NCBI RefSeq assembly: GCF_009914755.1
Contig: NC_060926.1
DNA from: the human T2T-CHM13v2.0 reference genome, Homo sapiens
DNA length: 64,000 nucleotides
Direction: 5' to 3' (one strand)
The translations under genes were made by a program, and so were the position numbers. The notes under the pieces were generated by a model, which was given only the letters and a program-made list of their open reading frames with translations, did not search any database and had not been told where the DNA came from. This document shows, in pieces, positions 15,705 through 30,385 of the stretch. Position 1 is the first letter of the stretch; every line of letters begins with the position of its first letter.

Positions 15705-15768
15705 ACATTGTCGCTGTCTTCAGCTCTTAGCTCTTATCTAGGCTAAGAGCTGAAGATAGCGACAATGT
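15705..15768. repeat. Inverted repeat with 27-bp arms and a 10-nt loop
   Basis: acattgtcgctgtcttcagctcttagc / gctaagagctgaagatagcgacaatgt; 26/27 Watson-Crick pairs plus one G.T. Confidence 0.97.
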
Positions 15769-15804
15769 CATTAGCAAATGAAGAAACGGTTTTTGCTGTG
15801 GGAG

Positions 15805-15920
15805 GAAGAGCACTGGACTCAGAGTCAGGAAACCCGAGTTCTTGTTCCAGCTCTGCTGCAAACTCACTGTGTGACCTTGAGCAAGTCATCACCCTCTCTG
15901 AGCTTTGGTTTCCATGTTTA
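15805..15920 (+). mobile_element. MIR fragment
   Basis: agagcactggactcagagtcagga...tgtgaccttgagcaagtca. Confidence 0.7.
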
Positions 15921-16074
15921 GACTAGGTCATCTTTCAGGATCCATGGAATGAAAGGACTCAGCAGTGAGTATAGCAGCCCTGAGGAGGTGGGGACAATGA
16001 GACCTGTGCTGCCCTGTGGCGATTTTGAGAGTTGAGAGCTGGATGCAGACAGGGGCTTTAAAACAGAGAAAGTA

Positions 16075-16356
<282 letters not shown>

Positions 16357-17812
16357 AAAACAGAGAAAGTATTAACAGTGGGAACACATAGGACTCCCTG
16401 GTATTCCCCTGGGGCTAATGCCTGTCTGTTTCTGTGATCTGCTCCTTCTCTACTCGACAAGTCTTACCTGTCCTTGGAGCCCCAGTTCAATGTCTCCTTG
16501 CCATCTGAGTCCTCAGCGCCTAGCACATTGCCTGATGCATTGTAAGTGATCAGTGCATAGACTGACATATCTTTCCCCAGGCATTCATCCCAGCCATGAG
16601 CATATGTGTCCTTGTATCTCACCCCAGCATACCGTCACATCCCTGTTGCCGGGCTGGAAATAGTAAGTTTTATGTTTGAGATGAAAAAGGAGGTGATTGA
16701 AGGTGAGTTGGCTGGGGGACGCCCATCCTCTGGCAGTGCTGTGTTGGTGGCTTGCTTCCTCACTGTGCTGTGGGCCACACTGACCTGTCAAGAGCCGTAT
16801 CTACATGTGTGGCCCGTAGAGGGGGCGCAAAGGAGCCATTCTTGTCCTTTTTGTATCCAGCAATTTTTGCTGAAACAATTTGCACTGGGCCTTCTCCTTG
16901 ATACCAGTTTTTTTAAATAACAGAATCCAGTAAACTAAAAAGCACACAACAAAACCTAGTCATTGCCTCTAAACTCTGTATGTACACATGCATGCTGGCT
17001 TCATGATCGATTTCTCTGCCAGAGTCTCTCAGTTCATCCTTTTGCAGGGATTGATGGGTTTCGTGCAGTGAGGTGGGGGAGATAAAGGGGTGATGGCTTA
17101 GAATTGAGAAGAAACGAAGTCTTGTCCTAGCATGGTCTCTGTGACTCAGATTCTTATTTTCCAAAGTCCCTCCCAGGTCAGTGATTATTGGATCTGGATC
17201 ATTAATGAGAATTAGAGTTTAAGATACATTTGAACAAGGGGGAGGTGAGAGTGTGAGCTCTTTTTAGAAGAACAGCTTTCACAATTCTGTAAATAAAAGC
17301 TGATAGACCCAGTTTGAGATCTTTCCAGAAACTTTATTCCCAAGCTATTTATTTTAGGTTCCTGTTTTAAGGTTGTTTTTGGCAAAAGAAAAACAAAGGC
17401 ACTGAATGATTTTCTGTTCTCTAGTAGGAAAATCTTCACCTTGGGGTGATCTGCAGCAGTGGGTCAGTCAGTGCCATGTTAATCATGGAGGGATGGCTGT
17501 TGTCGTGGTGGGCACCGTGCTAGGTGTTAGAGGAAGACACGGGGCTTATGGGCTTCAGCAGGAAGCTTCAAGTTCATTTGCAGGATGAAAAATACATCTA
17601 AAAATCCCCAACTAGACCAGTGCACAAAGATTCCCACTGACCTCAACTGGTACAGTGTGAGCATCAGAAGACAGTGCTGATTGCAGTGGATGAAAGCACT
17701 GTAAACGTAAATCCATGAGATGATGATGGTGATGATGAGCCAAAGAACTAATTGATCACCTTGGGGTTGCTGGGGATCAATACATCGTTTAGAAGATGTA
17801 TAAGGACAAGAA

Positions 17813-18161
<349 letters not shown>

Positions 18162-21113
18162 TGAGGAGCCCAGAAGGAGGGATGATAAGGAGTGCTTTTG
18201 TATTTCTTGGTGCTGGAACATAAAGTCTACTATCAGTGAGAAGGCCGGCTCCTCTCTCCTACCAAGGGCTGGAGGACCAAGGGCTGGAGGCAGCCTGCGT
18301 GGTCCATAAAGTGCACCGATCCTCCTACCAACTCTATGGTCTGGGGCAGGTGACGTGACTCTCTGAACTGCACTTGATTCAGAAGAAAATAGGGATAATA
18401 ATAGCCAACTCTTAGTGCTCAGGTTAAACTGAACAAAAGACTTACAAGCCACCTAGTAGGCGTTGACCTTTATACGAAGTCCCTTCCCTTTGGGTGTTCA
18501 CTTAGAGCAACACTGAGGTCCAGTCCTCCTCTTGGTTTGAAGGACACCACGAGGCTGCATAGAGTCTTCAGCTTCTCTCCTGCTGGGCTTTGCATTCATT
18601 GCCCAGCACCGTGAAGGAGGACACCACGGCCCAGCTCCCCTCCTTTGTCATCTCTTGAAAGACCCATGGCTCAGAAAGCAGCGAGCGAGGGAGTAAGCAG
18701 GACCATGGAGGTTGCGTTCCTGTTTCTGTCATGCAGTAGACAGTGTGTAGTGACAGATGCCTGCCTGTGGCCACCAGCCCCCTTCCTGAACCCAATGAAA
18801 CTAAACTGCCCATGTCTTGACCGCTGATTTTGAGATAGTTTAAAAATAGTATGTGGTTTGAAAGGACCTATCCTTCACTGTTAACCACACTCTAGAATTA
18901 TAAATAGAGTAAAACAGAAGGAATTATTGATCCATCTGTGAAACTGGATTTTAAAAATCTAAAAATTAGATACTTTTGTTTGACAAGGTAAACTTTTTAA
19001 CGATGAAAACAAACATCGTGTAGTAGAGTAGGAGAGTGGACTTTGGAATCAGAAAATTTGGGTTTGAATGCCAGCTCTGCCACTTTCTGTGTTTCCTTGG
19101 ATGAATTATTTGATCTCTTTGAGCCCTAATTGCCTAATAGTGTTATGAGAAATAATACATGTCTTACGAAGTTTAGAAAAAATATATGTGAAGTTTGTGC
19201 TTTGAATAAGTGACGCCTGTTGCTGCTGTTACTTTTGTTAGTGTTATTGGTTATGCACCAAGTGTGGTAAACTGAGTCTCTTTACCTGATTCTTTCATTC
19301 TTCCTCTGACCTTGAGAGCATCTCCCAGCAGGTTTTTATCCTTTATGTAGCTGACGCCGCAGGCCCAGCGTCACTGTGACTTACCAAGGTCATACAGATA
19401 TTTACAGGTGGACATAGGACTGGAACCTAGATCTTCTGAGGGCTCCTGAGGAGCTGCGTTTGCGGGTGTGTGTGTGTGCACATGTATGTTTCTGTCAGAA
19501 TTTGTTTGCTGAATCTGGTCTCAGAAATTCATTTAATTTATCTAGAACTCTCAGGCTCTTTACTGGAATGTTAAAAAAGAAAAAGGACTCAAACAGTGAA
19601 GTGAGTTTTCTTTTGTGTCTGCTAGATCCCCATTAGAACCCTCTAGTCCCCCAAATGCCACTGGAGGTCAAAGACATGGTGCTTCCCCCATAGGATGGGT
19701 GAGCAGACCATTCATAGGTCATAGGGATTGGCTCAGGGTCCAGGACTGCCCTCCAGGAACAAATGTTCCCTCGTTTTCCCTCATTGTCAGGCCCAGCCTA
19801 GCCATTGGCGTTAGCTGACAGTGGTCTCATTTCCCCGAGAAGGAATTCGGGAGCTACAGAGGGGCTTTCAGGATCTGTCCCTTGGTGGAGGAGCTGCAGC
19901 ACTAAGGCTGTCTCTGGTGGAGTTCACATCCAGGTTCACACCGCAGGTCTGGCTGCCCTGTTGTGCCTGTAAATAGTTGTGTTATATTTCCAATTGAAGT
20001 GATGAAAACATAGAAATTAGGTAGCCATGCAGATAGAAGTTGTTTTATTATAGACTGGCTGGTTTCCTTTGAAAGTGCCTGACCTAGAAGTGAGGGAATT
20101 ATATTCAACCACATTAATTTACCAGAATCACCTGTGTCCCCTCCCCCATTCCTACCCACGGTTTAAATCAGAGGTCTGAGATGGGACGGTGGTGTCTAGA
20201 GTTTGGTGAAAATCCATGCATGCATTTGGCGTCCAGCAGGGATTGAGAACCACTGTGCCAGAGACCCAGAGTCCAGATTTTCACTCTTTCAGGTGCTACT
20301 TTGAGGCCTAATGATAGTAAAATGCCATGAGATGTAAGCACCTGGTATGTTTTTTCTGCTCAAACAACATGTGTGTTGTCTAATATTTCAGGCACACGAC
20401 TTCGTCGAAGATGAATACAACTTAGTCTGTCAACTCTAAGCACATCCGATGTATGGGGAACACATTTGCCAGACTATTTCAATATAACATGCTGAGTGCA
20501 AGGATAGGAGAGGTGCCAATGAAATACCCAGGGTGTAGGGCAGAGTCATGGAAGGCTTCCTGGAGGAAGCATGAGTCTGTAGGATGCAGAGGAGTTTGGG
20601 AGGGAAGGGCCCCTGGGTAGAGGCTGCATCCTGAGCAGAGGCACTGGAGCTGCAAAGACCACTGCTGTTGCTGTATTAAAAGGAGAAGGAGCTGCTGTGT
20701 GGGGCTCTGAATCAGAGTCCTGGGCTGCAGGCTAGAGAGGAATGGGGCATCTGTGGTTGAGTTTCTGGGAGGGGGCTGAGTCTGGTGACTTGTGCCATCA
20801 TTTGGTGAAGGAAGAGTCCTCGGAGAGGTGGAAATGTTGTGTGTCCTTGGCCATCTCATCTGATATGCTGAGGACCACTGGACGTGGGCAAGGGCTTCCC
20901 CTCTTGCATACCACACTTGTTCTTTGGGATCTGTTGCCGGCACCACGGGTTGTTGTTGGGATAACGAAGCTATTTCTGTTCCTGGTGCAGCTTGACTTTT
21001 CTCAGATTTTTCTTCTGCTGATGTGTTCAGTGTTATTCACAACCGAGAAGAACCTGGTGGGGAGTGAGGGTGGCATGCCTGAGACTCACAGCACCTCCGT
21101 CATTCTGTTGCAG

Positions 21114-21259
21114 CTCACGTGGAAAATGAAGAGCAGTACACCCAGGCTCTGGAGAAGTTTGGCGGCAACTGTGTATGCAGAGATGACCCAGATTTAGGAA
21201 GTGCGTTCCTGAAGTTCTCAGTGTTTACAAAGGAGTTGACAGCACTTTTCAAAAACCTG
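21114..21259 (+). CDS. ASAP2: ASAP2 exon 3, 146 nt, (A)[48 protein letters not shown]
   Basis: ttgcag acceptor, gtaagc donor, phase 1/0; overlaps ORF 21119..21325. Confidence 0.97.
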
Positions 21260-22779
21260 GTAAGCAGCTCTGTGTATGAAATGCTGCGGTTACTTCAGTT
21301 GGGAAAGTGGCTCAGTAGAGGATAGTTATGGTTTGTTTGATAAACTAGGAATGCATTTCATAGTTCCTTGGGTACCCAAAAGAATTATGTTTTTATACAC
21401 ATTGGGTCAGTTTGGAATAAAGTTTAAAATTGTAATTTTTACTTTAACAAGACTTAAAATTCAGCTCTGCAATTTAAATGTACACAGCTATGGGACAAAA
21501 TGGGTAAATGCATTCGTCTTCTTAAGGGCCTCTGACTTGAAGTTTTAACAGTTTCTAAACTGTGTAGACTACTCTCCTTCTGGTAATTATAGTAGGCATT
21601 TAAGCTTATAATATTTAATAAATATGTTTCAGGCCCATCTTACACAGCAAGGTAACCTGTAATCAAAGCACAGAAATTACCATGAATATTTAAAGGCCTT
21701 TTGTGCTCCCAAGTGTAGAACCTAAAAAAAAGCAGGACTGAGAGCAATGCCTCGGTTTTCAGCCGTGGGAATGCGGTGCTGGTGCCTGCTGCCTGTGGCT
21801 GCTGCTTGGTGCTGTGGGTGAATTGCGCCTTTCTTGTGCCTGGCAGCTCTGTGCTATCCTCGTGATGGGGACAACATTTTGAAGAAGTGGGCAGCCCAAG
21901 AGGGCTGTTTGGGACCCTGCCCGGGTGGAATGGACCCTGGGATCGCTCCAGCTTTTCTTTCCTGTTTTTCTTCTCCAGTTTCTCCTAAAGGTCAGGGAAG
22001 GCCAGGTCAAGAACTCAGTAATGCTTTCTCTGTAGGCCACACACAACAGCATCTTTTTCGTGTCCTCTGTTAGGAAGCTCATAACAAGTGAAAAACATAG
22101 CTCATTCCTGAGATGGTGATGACAGTGGTTTTGGGAGACCGGCCTTAGAAGGGGAGAAATGAGGGAGCATCACATGTGAGTTCCTAATGGGAAGGGGAAG
22201 AGCAGGAGCACTCGGGCCCTTGCTCTTTCTCCCCGTCTTCACTTATGAACATTTCTGTAGGAAATGGTAAAAGTAAAAAACTGTTTCTCTGCTCGAGCTT
22301 TTCACTTAGAGGAATTTGAAATCCCCTGGGGCTTTGGTCAAGCTCATCCCCCTTCATCCTTATCCTAGAGTGGCGGCCCACCTGCTCAGCAGTGGAGCCC
22401 TCGCCCTGCCTCAGCCCCATGCCCTGGACACTGGCAGGCATGCATGGTGGGGTCTCATCACCAGGTCGGGAAAGAGTGGAGATTTTTTTTAAACTGGAGA
22501 AACTGCATGGGCCCAGGGTAAAGATCCGTAGATGCTGCCATGGAGGGCGTCTCCTGGTAGAAAAGTCAGTTGGCTGCCTGCTCTCCCCGCACCTGGGTGG
22601 ATAAGCCCTTTCCATGCACACAGAGCTGCCTGTTAGCTTCCTGGTGCCTCACACTTCAGTACAGATGAGCAGCCTCCAGCATGAGGGAGACCAGAAATAG
22701 CAGAAAAATGAACGTACGGGAAGACTGGGATGCAGCATGCTATGAAAGAAGGCCAGGGACACAACTATGGTAAGAAAAT

Positions 22780-23330
22780 ATAACATTAAAAATCCAACAG
22801 GAAGGGCTGGAGTAGAGGAAATCTCTCAGAAAATAGATCAAAAAGACCAAAAAGTGGGAAATAGATAAAAGACGAGGATTAATTCTCAAGGCCCAGCATC
22901 CAACTGGCAGGTGTTTTAGAAAGAGAGAAGGTTGTCATCAATGCAACAAATCTAAAGGCAATTTCTAAAAATGGAACGGAAGAGTCTCCAAGTTGAGAGG
23001 CTCACAAGTACCCAGCGCAATAAGGGAAAAGACCTACCCTGAGGCATCCCTGTGTGAACTTGCAAAAGATCTTAAAAGCTTCCAGACAGCAGCCGGAGGA
23101 TTCAGAATCAGAATGGCGGTGAACTTCTCAGCAGCAGCACTGGAAACGTTATGGCATGGAGCAATGCCATTAAAATCGTGAGGAAACTAACTCAGCCTGG
23201 AATGATGCCCAGCCAATCAAAGACGAGAGTAGAATTAAAGATATTTTCAGACATGCAAGGCTTAAAAACTTTGGCTCCCATGTGTCATTTCTCTGAAACT
23301 CCTAAAGGATGTGTTTTAGTAAAATGAAGG
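22780..23330 (+). mobile_element. Ancient L1/HAL1 ORF1-region relic; boundaries approximate
   Basis: A-rich, with aatcagaatggc..gaacttctcagcagcagcactggaa..tggagcaatgcc motifs of old L1 ORF1. Confidence 0.55.
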
Positions 23331-23762
23331 GAAAAGCCAAGAAAGAAGAAATTGAGAGTCAGGAAACAGGACCCAACACAGGAAAGCAAGCAGTGGAAGG
23401 GAATTCCAAGAGGATCATGGCGAAGGGAAGTCCCAGCGGGGCTGCCAAGCAGGGGGCCTAGAAAGCAGCCAGCCCAGGACGGCTGACGACGTAGGAGACG
23501 GGTGGAGGCCCGGGTTCTGCTTCTCACTCCCAGACTGCCCTTTTACCTTTATTCAGCTGATATCTAGACCTGGATTGTCTCAGCTGTAACATGGAGATAA
23601 TAATACCATACCTGATTGTGTGGATAGATTATAGCCAGCCGGTGACTCTTACACAGGATAGCTTACTTAATTCTTATGACAATCCCATAAGGTCAGTCAG
23701 TGTCATCCCCACTTTACAGATTAGATAACTGAGGCCCTGAATGGTTTGAAGAGCTAATATCT

Positions 23763-24060
23763 GGCCCGGCACAGTGGCTCACATGTGTCATCCCAGCACT
23801 TTGGGAGGCCAAGGTGGGCGGGTTGCTTTGAACCCAGGAGTTCAAGACCAGCCTGGGCAACATGGGGAACCCCTGTTTCTACAAAAAAATACAAAACTTA
23901 GCCAGGCGTGGTGGCTCACGGCTGTAGTCCCTGCTACTCGGGAGGCTGAGGCTGAAGAATTGCTTAAGCCCAGGAAGCGGAGATTGCAGTGAGCTGACAT
24001 CACGCCCCTGTACTCCACCTGGGCGACAGAGAGTGAGACCCTGTCTCAAAAACAAAAGAA
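23763..24060 (+). mobile_element. AluJ
   Basis: TSD agctaatatct at 23752-23762 and 24066-24076. Confidence 0.94.
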
Positions 24061-25553
24061 GCAGCAGCTAATATCTCTGTTGGGAGGCTCAGAGTCCTTG
24101 CCTAGGCAGGCCCACTTGGAGCACTCCACACCATGGAATCCGGACGAAACTAACTTGTCTCAGTTAACAAAAGGGCAGCTGCATAGTTAAATAAAAGGAA
24201 TCCCTCCTTCTCCTTTATAAAATTTCCTGCAAAAGCAGAAAGCAGAGCAGGGCCTGCATGTTACAGCTGGTACATTGCTCACCACCCTGTGGCTTTGCCA
24301 GTTTTTAATACTTCACATATCACTGCAGGTCCTAGTTGCTGTCCAGCTTTCTACAGAGAGTAAAGGTATCAATAAAGGTATCTGTGGCAGTGATTTGATG
24401 AGCACCCACCGGTGTAGCAATCACTGGGCTATGCATGAAGGATACTCTGTTTCATTTATTCCTCTTGGCAGCTGTGCAGGATAGTTTGTATCACCATCCT
24501 CTTAAGGCACACAGTCACTTACAGGGCCCTTAGCTAGTGAGGGACAGAGTTGGGATTCAAACCCAGGTATTAACACTCCAAACCCATGTTGTTGTCATTG
24601 TGACATTTAAAGGAACCATGGCCTCTTGTCACCTTCTTGACTGATCATAAGGGTTCAAGTTTCAACTTGCACTTTATGGAAGTCGGATTGTTGATCCTAT
24701 TTCCTGGCAAAGATCAAAGAGAGAGAAAATTTCTTACATGAGCCAAAATTAGCACTCACCATGCCTGGTTTTCCAGGCCAGCGCCGGTGTGGAAGCTGCA
24801 CAGCCAGAGGAAGGCCCAGTGGCGGCTCCTGCAAAGCTGGGCAAATGGGGAGCGGATTATGGCGGAAGTCTCCTTTTTTGGAATTTTGTGCACCATTCTT
24901 CTTCCTGTTTTTGGTCACATCTGGCTTATCTCATATCTTCCAAGCCTTGCTTTTGCTTTCCCTCGGGCATTTAAAACATTTCAGTTCTGTCTGGCTAAGA
25001 CTCACAGTGCTACCTCTTGTCCAGAAAGAATAACAATTACCACCTACCTGCTTGGAGGCGTGAAAGAATGTTTATAAAGCAGTTGGAAGATCTCCAGAGA
25101 AATGCCAGCTTAATATAAAGCAAGATTTTCTTACTAATGGGTGAGATTCTCACCTGCAGAAGTCTGTGAATTTTCTCTGCGGTGATGCAGGATGAAAGGG
25201 AAAACCAGACGGCTCCAGAAATGTGACATGTGTGAAATTAAAGTGCTTATGAAGTCAGCCTAGTTTCAGGGGTTCTTTTCCTCTTCCCCAATGGATGTGA
25301 GAATCCTGGAAAGACTCCAAGGGCCACCTCTGTGCTGAGAAGTGGCTTTCTAATGAAAGGCTGCATTTCAGGGCAGGTTTCTGAAAGGTTTGTTACAGAT
25401 ATGTAGTCTCTGTCTCCAGTGTTAGAGGATTGTTAGTGAAAGATGTCCTCACGGTCTGCAGAACCCGCTCCACATGAAGATCAGCATCCATTGAAAGCAG
25501 GAGCCAATGGGTGCTGAGGAGAGGACAGAGTTGCAGCATGAGATCTGAGGTGA

Positions 25554-25938
<385 letters not shown>

Positions 25939-25983
25939 TTTTTTTTTTTTTTTTTTTTCCCAAACACAGATGATGTAAGTTAG

Positions 25984-26636
<653 letters not shown>

Positions 26637-28242
26637 AGAAGACATTATAGCTAACCTTACTAGGGAGGTAGTAAGGTTCTGTTGGGACAAGCAGTAGTTT
26701 GTGGCTTTCTCATATGTGCTGCACTTGGCAGAGGGGCATCCTGGCTTGGCTGCATTGGTACTAGTACAGCAGGACTCTGCCCAGTGCTGTCAGGCTTAGG
26801 TTAAGTGTGAGCTGATTGTCCATATTAGTAAGGCTTGTCTCGTCACTCAATATAGACATCTCGCTACCAGAGGTCCTCACCCTCAGTACTTCCATAGACT
26901 TTCTCCTAACTTCTTGTATTGCAAATGTCTTAGATTCTTAAATGTCTTACTTTGTTTTTTAATTAAACAAGAGCAATGATCATAGTATCATCTTTTTGGG
27001 AGGAAGATTTAAGTCACTGTTTTAGACATAAACTAATGAACTATGCTGAAATCTAGAGACATCCCCAGTGGCTTGGGGTACGTGGGAATATCCGCCCTTG
27101 GATTAGTCCTGGACTATTATTAGGTGTCCGTTTCTGACATTTGCTTTTTAATATTCTGACACTTTTTCTATTGGTTGCCCTTTTTCCTGCTGTCAGTGCT
27201 TGGGTGCCTCTAAGGTCTCTGTTTCACGATGCTGCGAGCTGAAGAGCAAGGTGACTTGGCTTGTTAGACTTGGGTGCAAATTAGGAGTCCATAGGCTTCG
27301 CTTGAGGAGGGCTTGAGGGCTAGGGCTTTGAGTGAGGAGGGGAGAGAGAGTACCTTGATGGACTTGCTGACAGTCGCTTTGGGCCCCTAGAAACCTCTGC
27401 CATTTAGATTTTGGCATGGCCTCATTTATAGTTGGAAATTCCTTATCTAAGACCCAAAAGACTTCAACGCTAAGCTATGTTCTATACTCACAAATCTCTA
27501 ACCAAAAACAAAAGCACATTGTTTGATCGAGACGATGAACAAATAAGGCTGGTGTCAGATATCTACATTTTGGTTGTGGCATAGCCACATAATAGATTTC
27601 CATTGGACTTGGATACTGTTTCTTTTTGGGGTTGGGAGGGAATGCTGTGATACGGTAACCCCCATACAGAGAAAGTGGGAGAAGCCATATTGGGCAAAGA
27701 TAGCGTGGTGAGGCCTTGGGCGTGGGAGGGAGAACTCACAGAGACGAGGACTGGGCACCTGCTGGGTGCTATCCATGCGCTGGTGCTGTATGGGGCGGTG
27801 ACCTCTGGCAACTCCTGCCTGGGCAGGGGACACAGATGCTTTTATTAGAAGACATGTGCCGGGACAGCCACTGGCAGCCTGCGGAGCCCTGAGGGTACAG
27901 CATTGGAAGCAGGGAGCAGTGACTCCCCGCCCTGAGCCCTGGGTCCCTGCTTCCCTGGATCCCTGAGGGTGGAGGGGCACTGCAGTATGGCACTTGTCCA
28001 TCTGCACACAAGCCTGCTTGCAAGGTTTAGAAATCAGTTTCTTCACAATTGTCAAATGTGTGTAGGACATGCTGTTTCTGTTTGAAAGTATTAATGAACC
28101 TAAAACAGGGTTTGTTTTTGTTTTTGTCATTGTGTGTTTTCTTAATTGCTGGCTATTAAAGGGACAACTGCCACGATGTAGGTGACCTCAAACTTAGAAA
28201 AAAATTGTTTGCCAAATCTACAAGGTACTGTGTGGAATGGCT

Positions 28243-30385
28243 CTAGTGGGGATGTAGATAGGGGGTGGAAGGGCTGTAGGGGGTGTAGATATGCGGTGGA
28301 GGGGCTGTAGGGGGGGTGTAGATACAGGTGGGAGGGCTGTAGGGGGATGTACATAGGTGGGAGGGCTGTAGTTGTGGGGGTGTAGATACAGGGTGGAGAG
28401 GCTGTAGTCTTGGGAGTATAGATATTGGTGGAGAGGCTGGAGTAGTGGAGTATAGATATTGGTGGAGGGGTTGTAGTATTGAGGTATAGATATTGGTGGA
28501 GGGGGTGTAATAGTGGGGTATAGATATTGGTGGAGGGGCTGGACTAGTGGGGTATAGGTATTGGTGGAGGGGGTTGTAATAGTGGGGTATAGATATTGGT
28601 GGAGGGGCTGGAGTAGTGAGGTATAGATATTGGTGGAGGGGCTGGACGAGTGGGGTGTAGATATTGGTGGAGGAGGTTGTAATAGTGGGGTATAGATATT
28701 GGTGGACAGGCTGGAGTAGTGGGGTGTAGATATTAGTGGAGAGGCTGGAGTAGTGAGGTATAGATATTGGCGGAGGGGGTTGTAATAGTGGGGTATAGAT
28801 ATTGGTGGACAAGCTGGAGTAGTGGGGTAAAGATATTGGTGGAGGGGCTAGTGTAGTGAGGTATAGATATTGGTGGAGGGGCCGTAATAGTGGGGTATAG
28901 ATACTGGTGAGGGGCTGTAATAGTGGGGTACAGATATTGGTGGAGGGGGTTGTAATAGTGGGGTATAGATATTGGTGGAGGGGCTGGAGTAGTGAGGTAT
29001 AGATATTGGAGGGTCTGGAGTAGTGAGGTATAGATATTGGTTGACAGGCTGCAGTAGTGGGGTATACATATTGGTGGAGGGGCTGTAATAGTGGGGTATA
29101 GATGTTGGTGTAGAGGCTGTAGTAGTGGGGTATAGATATTGGTGGAGGGGCTGTAGTAGTGAGGTATAGATATTGGAGGGGCTGGAGCAGTGAGGTATAG
29201 ATATTGGTGGAGGGGCTGCAGTAGTGGGGTATAGATATTGGTGGAGAGGCTGTAGTAGTGGGGTATAGATATTGGTGTAGAGGCTGTAGTAGGTATAGAT
29301 ATTGGTGGAGAGGCTGTAGTAGTGAGGTATAGATATTGGAGGGGCTGGAGTAGTGACATATAGATATTGGTGGAGGGGCTGTAATAGTGGGGTATAGATA
29401 TTGGTGTAGAGGCTGTAGTAGGTATAGATATTGGTGGAGAGGCTGTAGTAGTGAGGTATAGATATTGGAGGGGCTGGAGTAGTGACATATAGATATTGGT
29501 GGAGGGGCTGTAATAGTGGGGTATAGATATTGGTGTAGAGGCTGTAGTAGTGGGGTATAGATATTGGTTGACAGGCTGGAGTAGTGGGGTATAGATATTG
29601 GTGGAGGGGCTGTAATAGTGGGGTACAGATATTGGTGGAGGGGCTGGAGTAGTGAGGTATAGATATTGGAGGGTCTGGAGTAGTGAGGTATAGATATTGG
29701 TTGACAGGCTGGAGTAGTGGGGTATACATATTGGTGGAGGGGCTGTAATAGTGGGGTATAGATGTTGGTGTAGAGGCTGTAGTAGTGGGGTATAGATATT
29801 GGTGGAGAGGCTGTAGTAGTGGGGTATAGATATTGGTGGAGGGGCTGTAGTAGTGAGGTATAGATATTGGAGGGGCTGGAGTAGTGACGTATAGATATTG
29901 GTGGAGGGGCTGTAATAGTGGGGTATAGATATTGGTGTAGAGGCTGTAGTAGTGGGGTATAGATATTGGTTGACAGGCTGGAGTAGTGGGGTATAGATAT
30001 TGGTGGAGGGGCTGTAATAGTGGGGTACAGATATTGGTGGAGGGGCTGTAGTAGTGGGGTATAGATATTGGTGTAGAGGCTGTAGTAGTGGGGTGGTAGA
30101 TATGGGATGGAGGGGATGTGGGAGAGTATCGATATGAGGTAGAGAGGCTGTAGGGGGTGGGGTTATGGGGGTAGGGGCTGTGAGGGGTGTATATATTGGT
30201 GGAGGGGCTGGCGTAGTGGGGGTGTAGACATGGGGTGGAGGGGCTCTAGGGGTGTAGAGAGGGAGTGGAAGCGCTGCAGGAGGGTGTATATACCACATGG
30301 AGAGTTGTAGTACTGGGGGTGGAGATATGGCCTGGTGGGGCTGTAGGGGATAGAGATACCGGGTGGGAGGGCTGTAGTAGTGGGG
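28243..30385. repeat. G-rich minisatellite/VNTR, ~34-bp unit GGTATAGATATTGGTGGAGGGGCTGTAGTAGTGG (30/31/35-bp variants), roughly 60 copies, degenerate at both ends
   Basis: Directly visible tandem array with higher-order 129-bp and 660-bp periodicities. Confidence 0.98.

Noticed and set aside
16809-16828. Possible CTCF site (gtggcccgtagagggggcgc); a weaker one lies near 57881
   Set aside because: Only the 3' half of the core matches; it cannot be supported without a PWM score or ChIP data.
28243-30385. VNTR as a CRISPR-like array or a bona fide mucin gene
   Set aside because: The units are contiguous with no unique spacers and no cas genes, in a eukaryotic intron. The ORFs lack an ATG start, signal peptide and splice structure and follow from the repeat composition.
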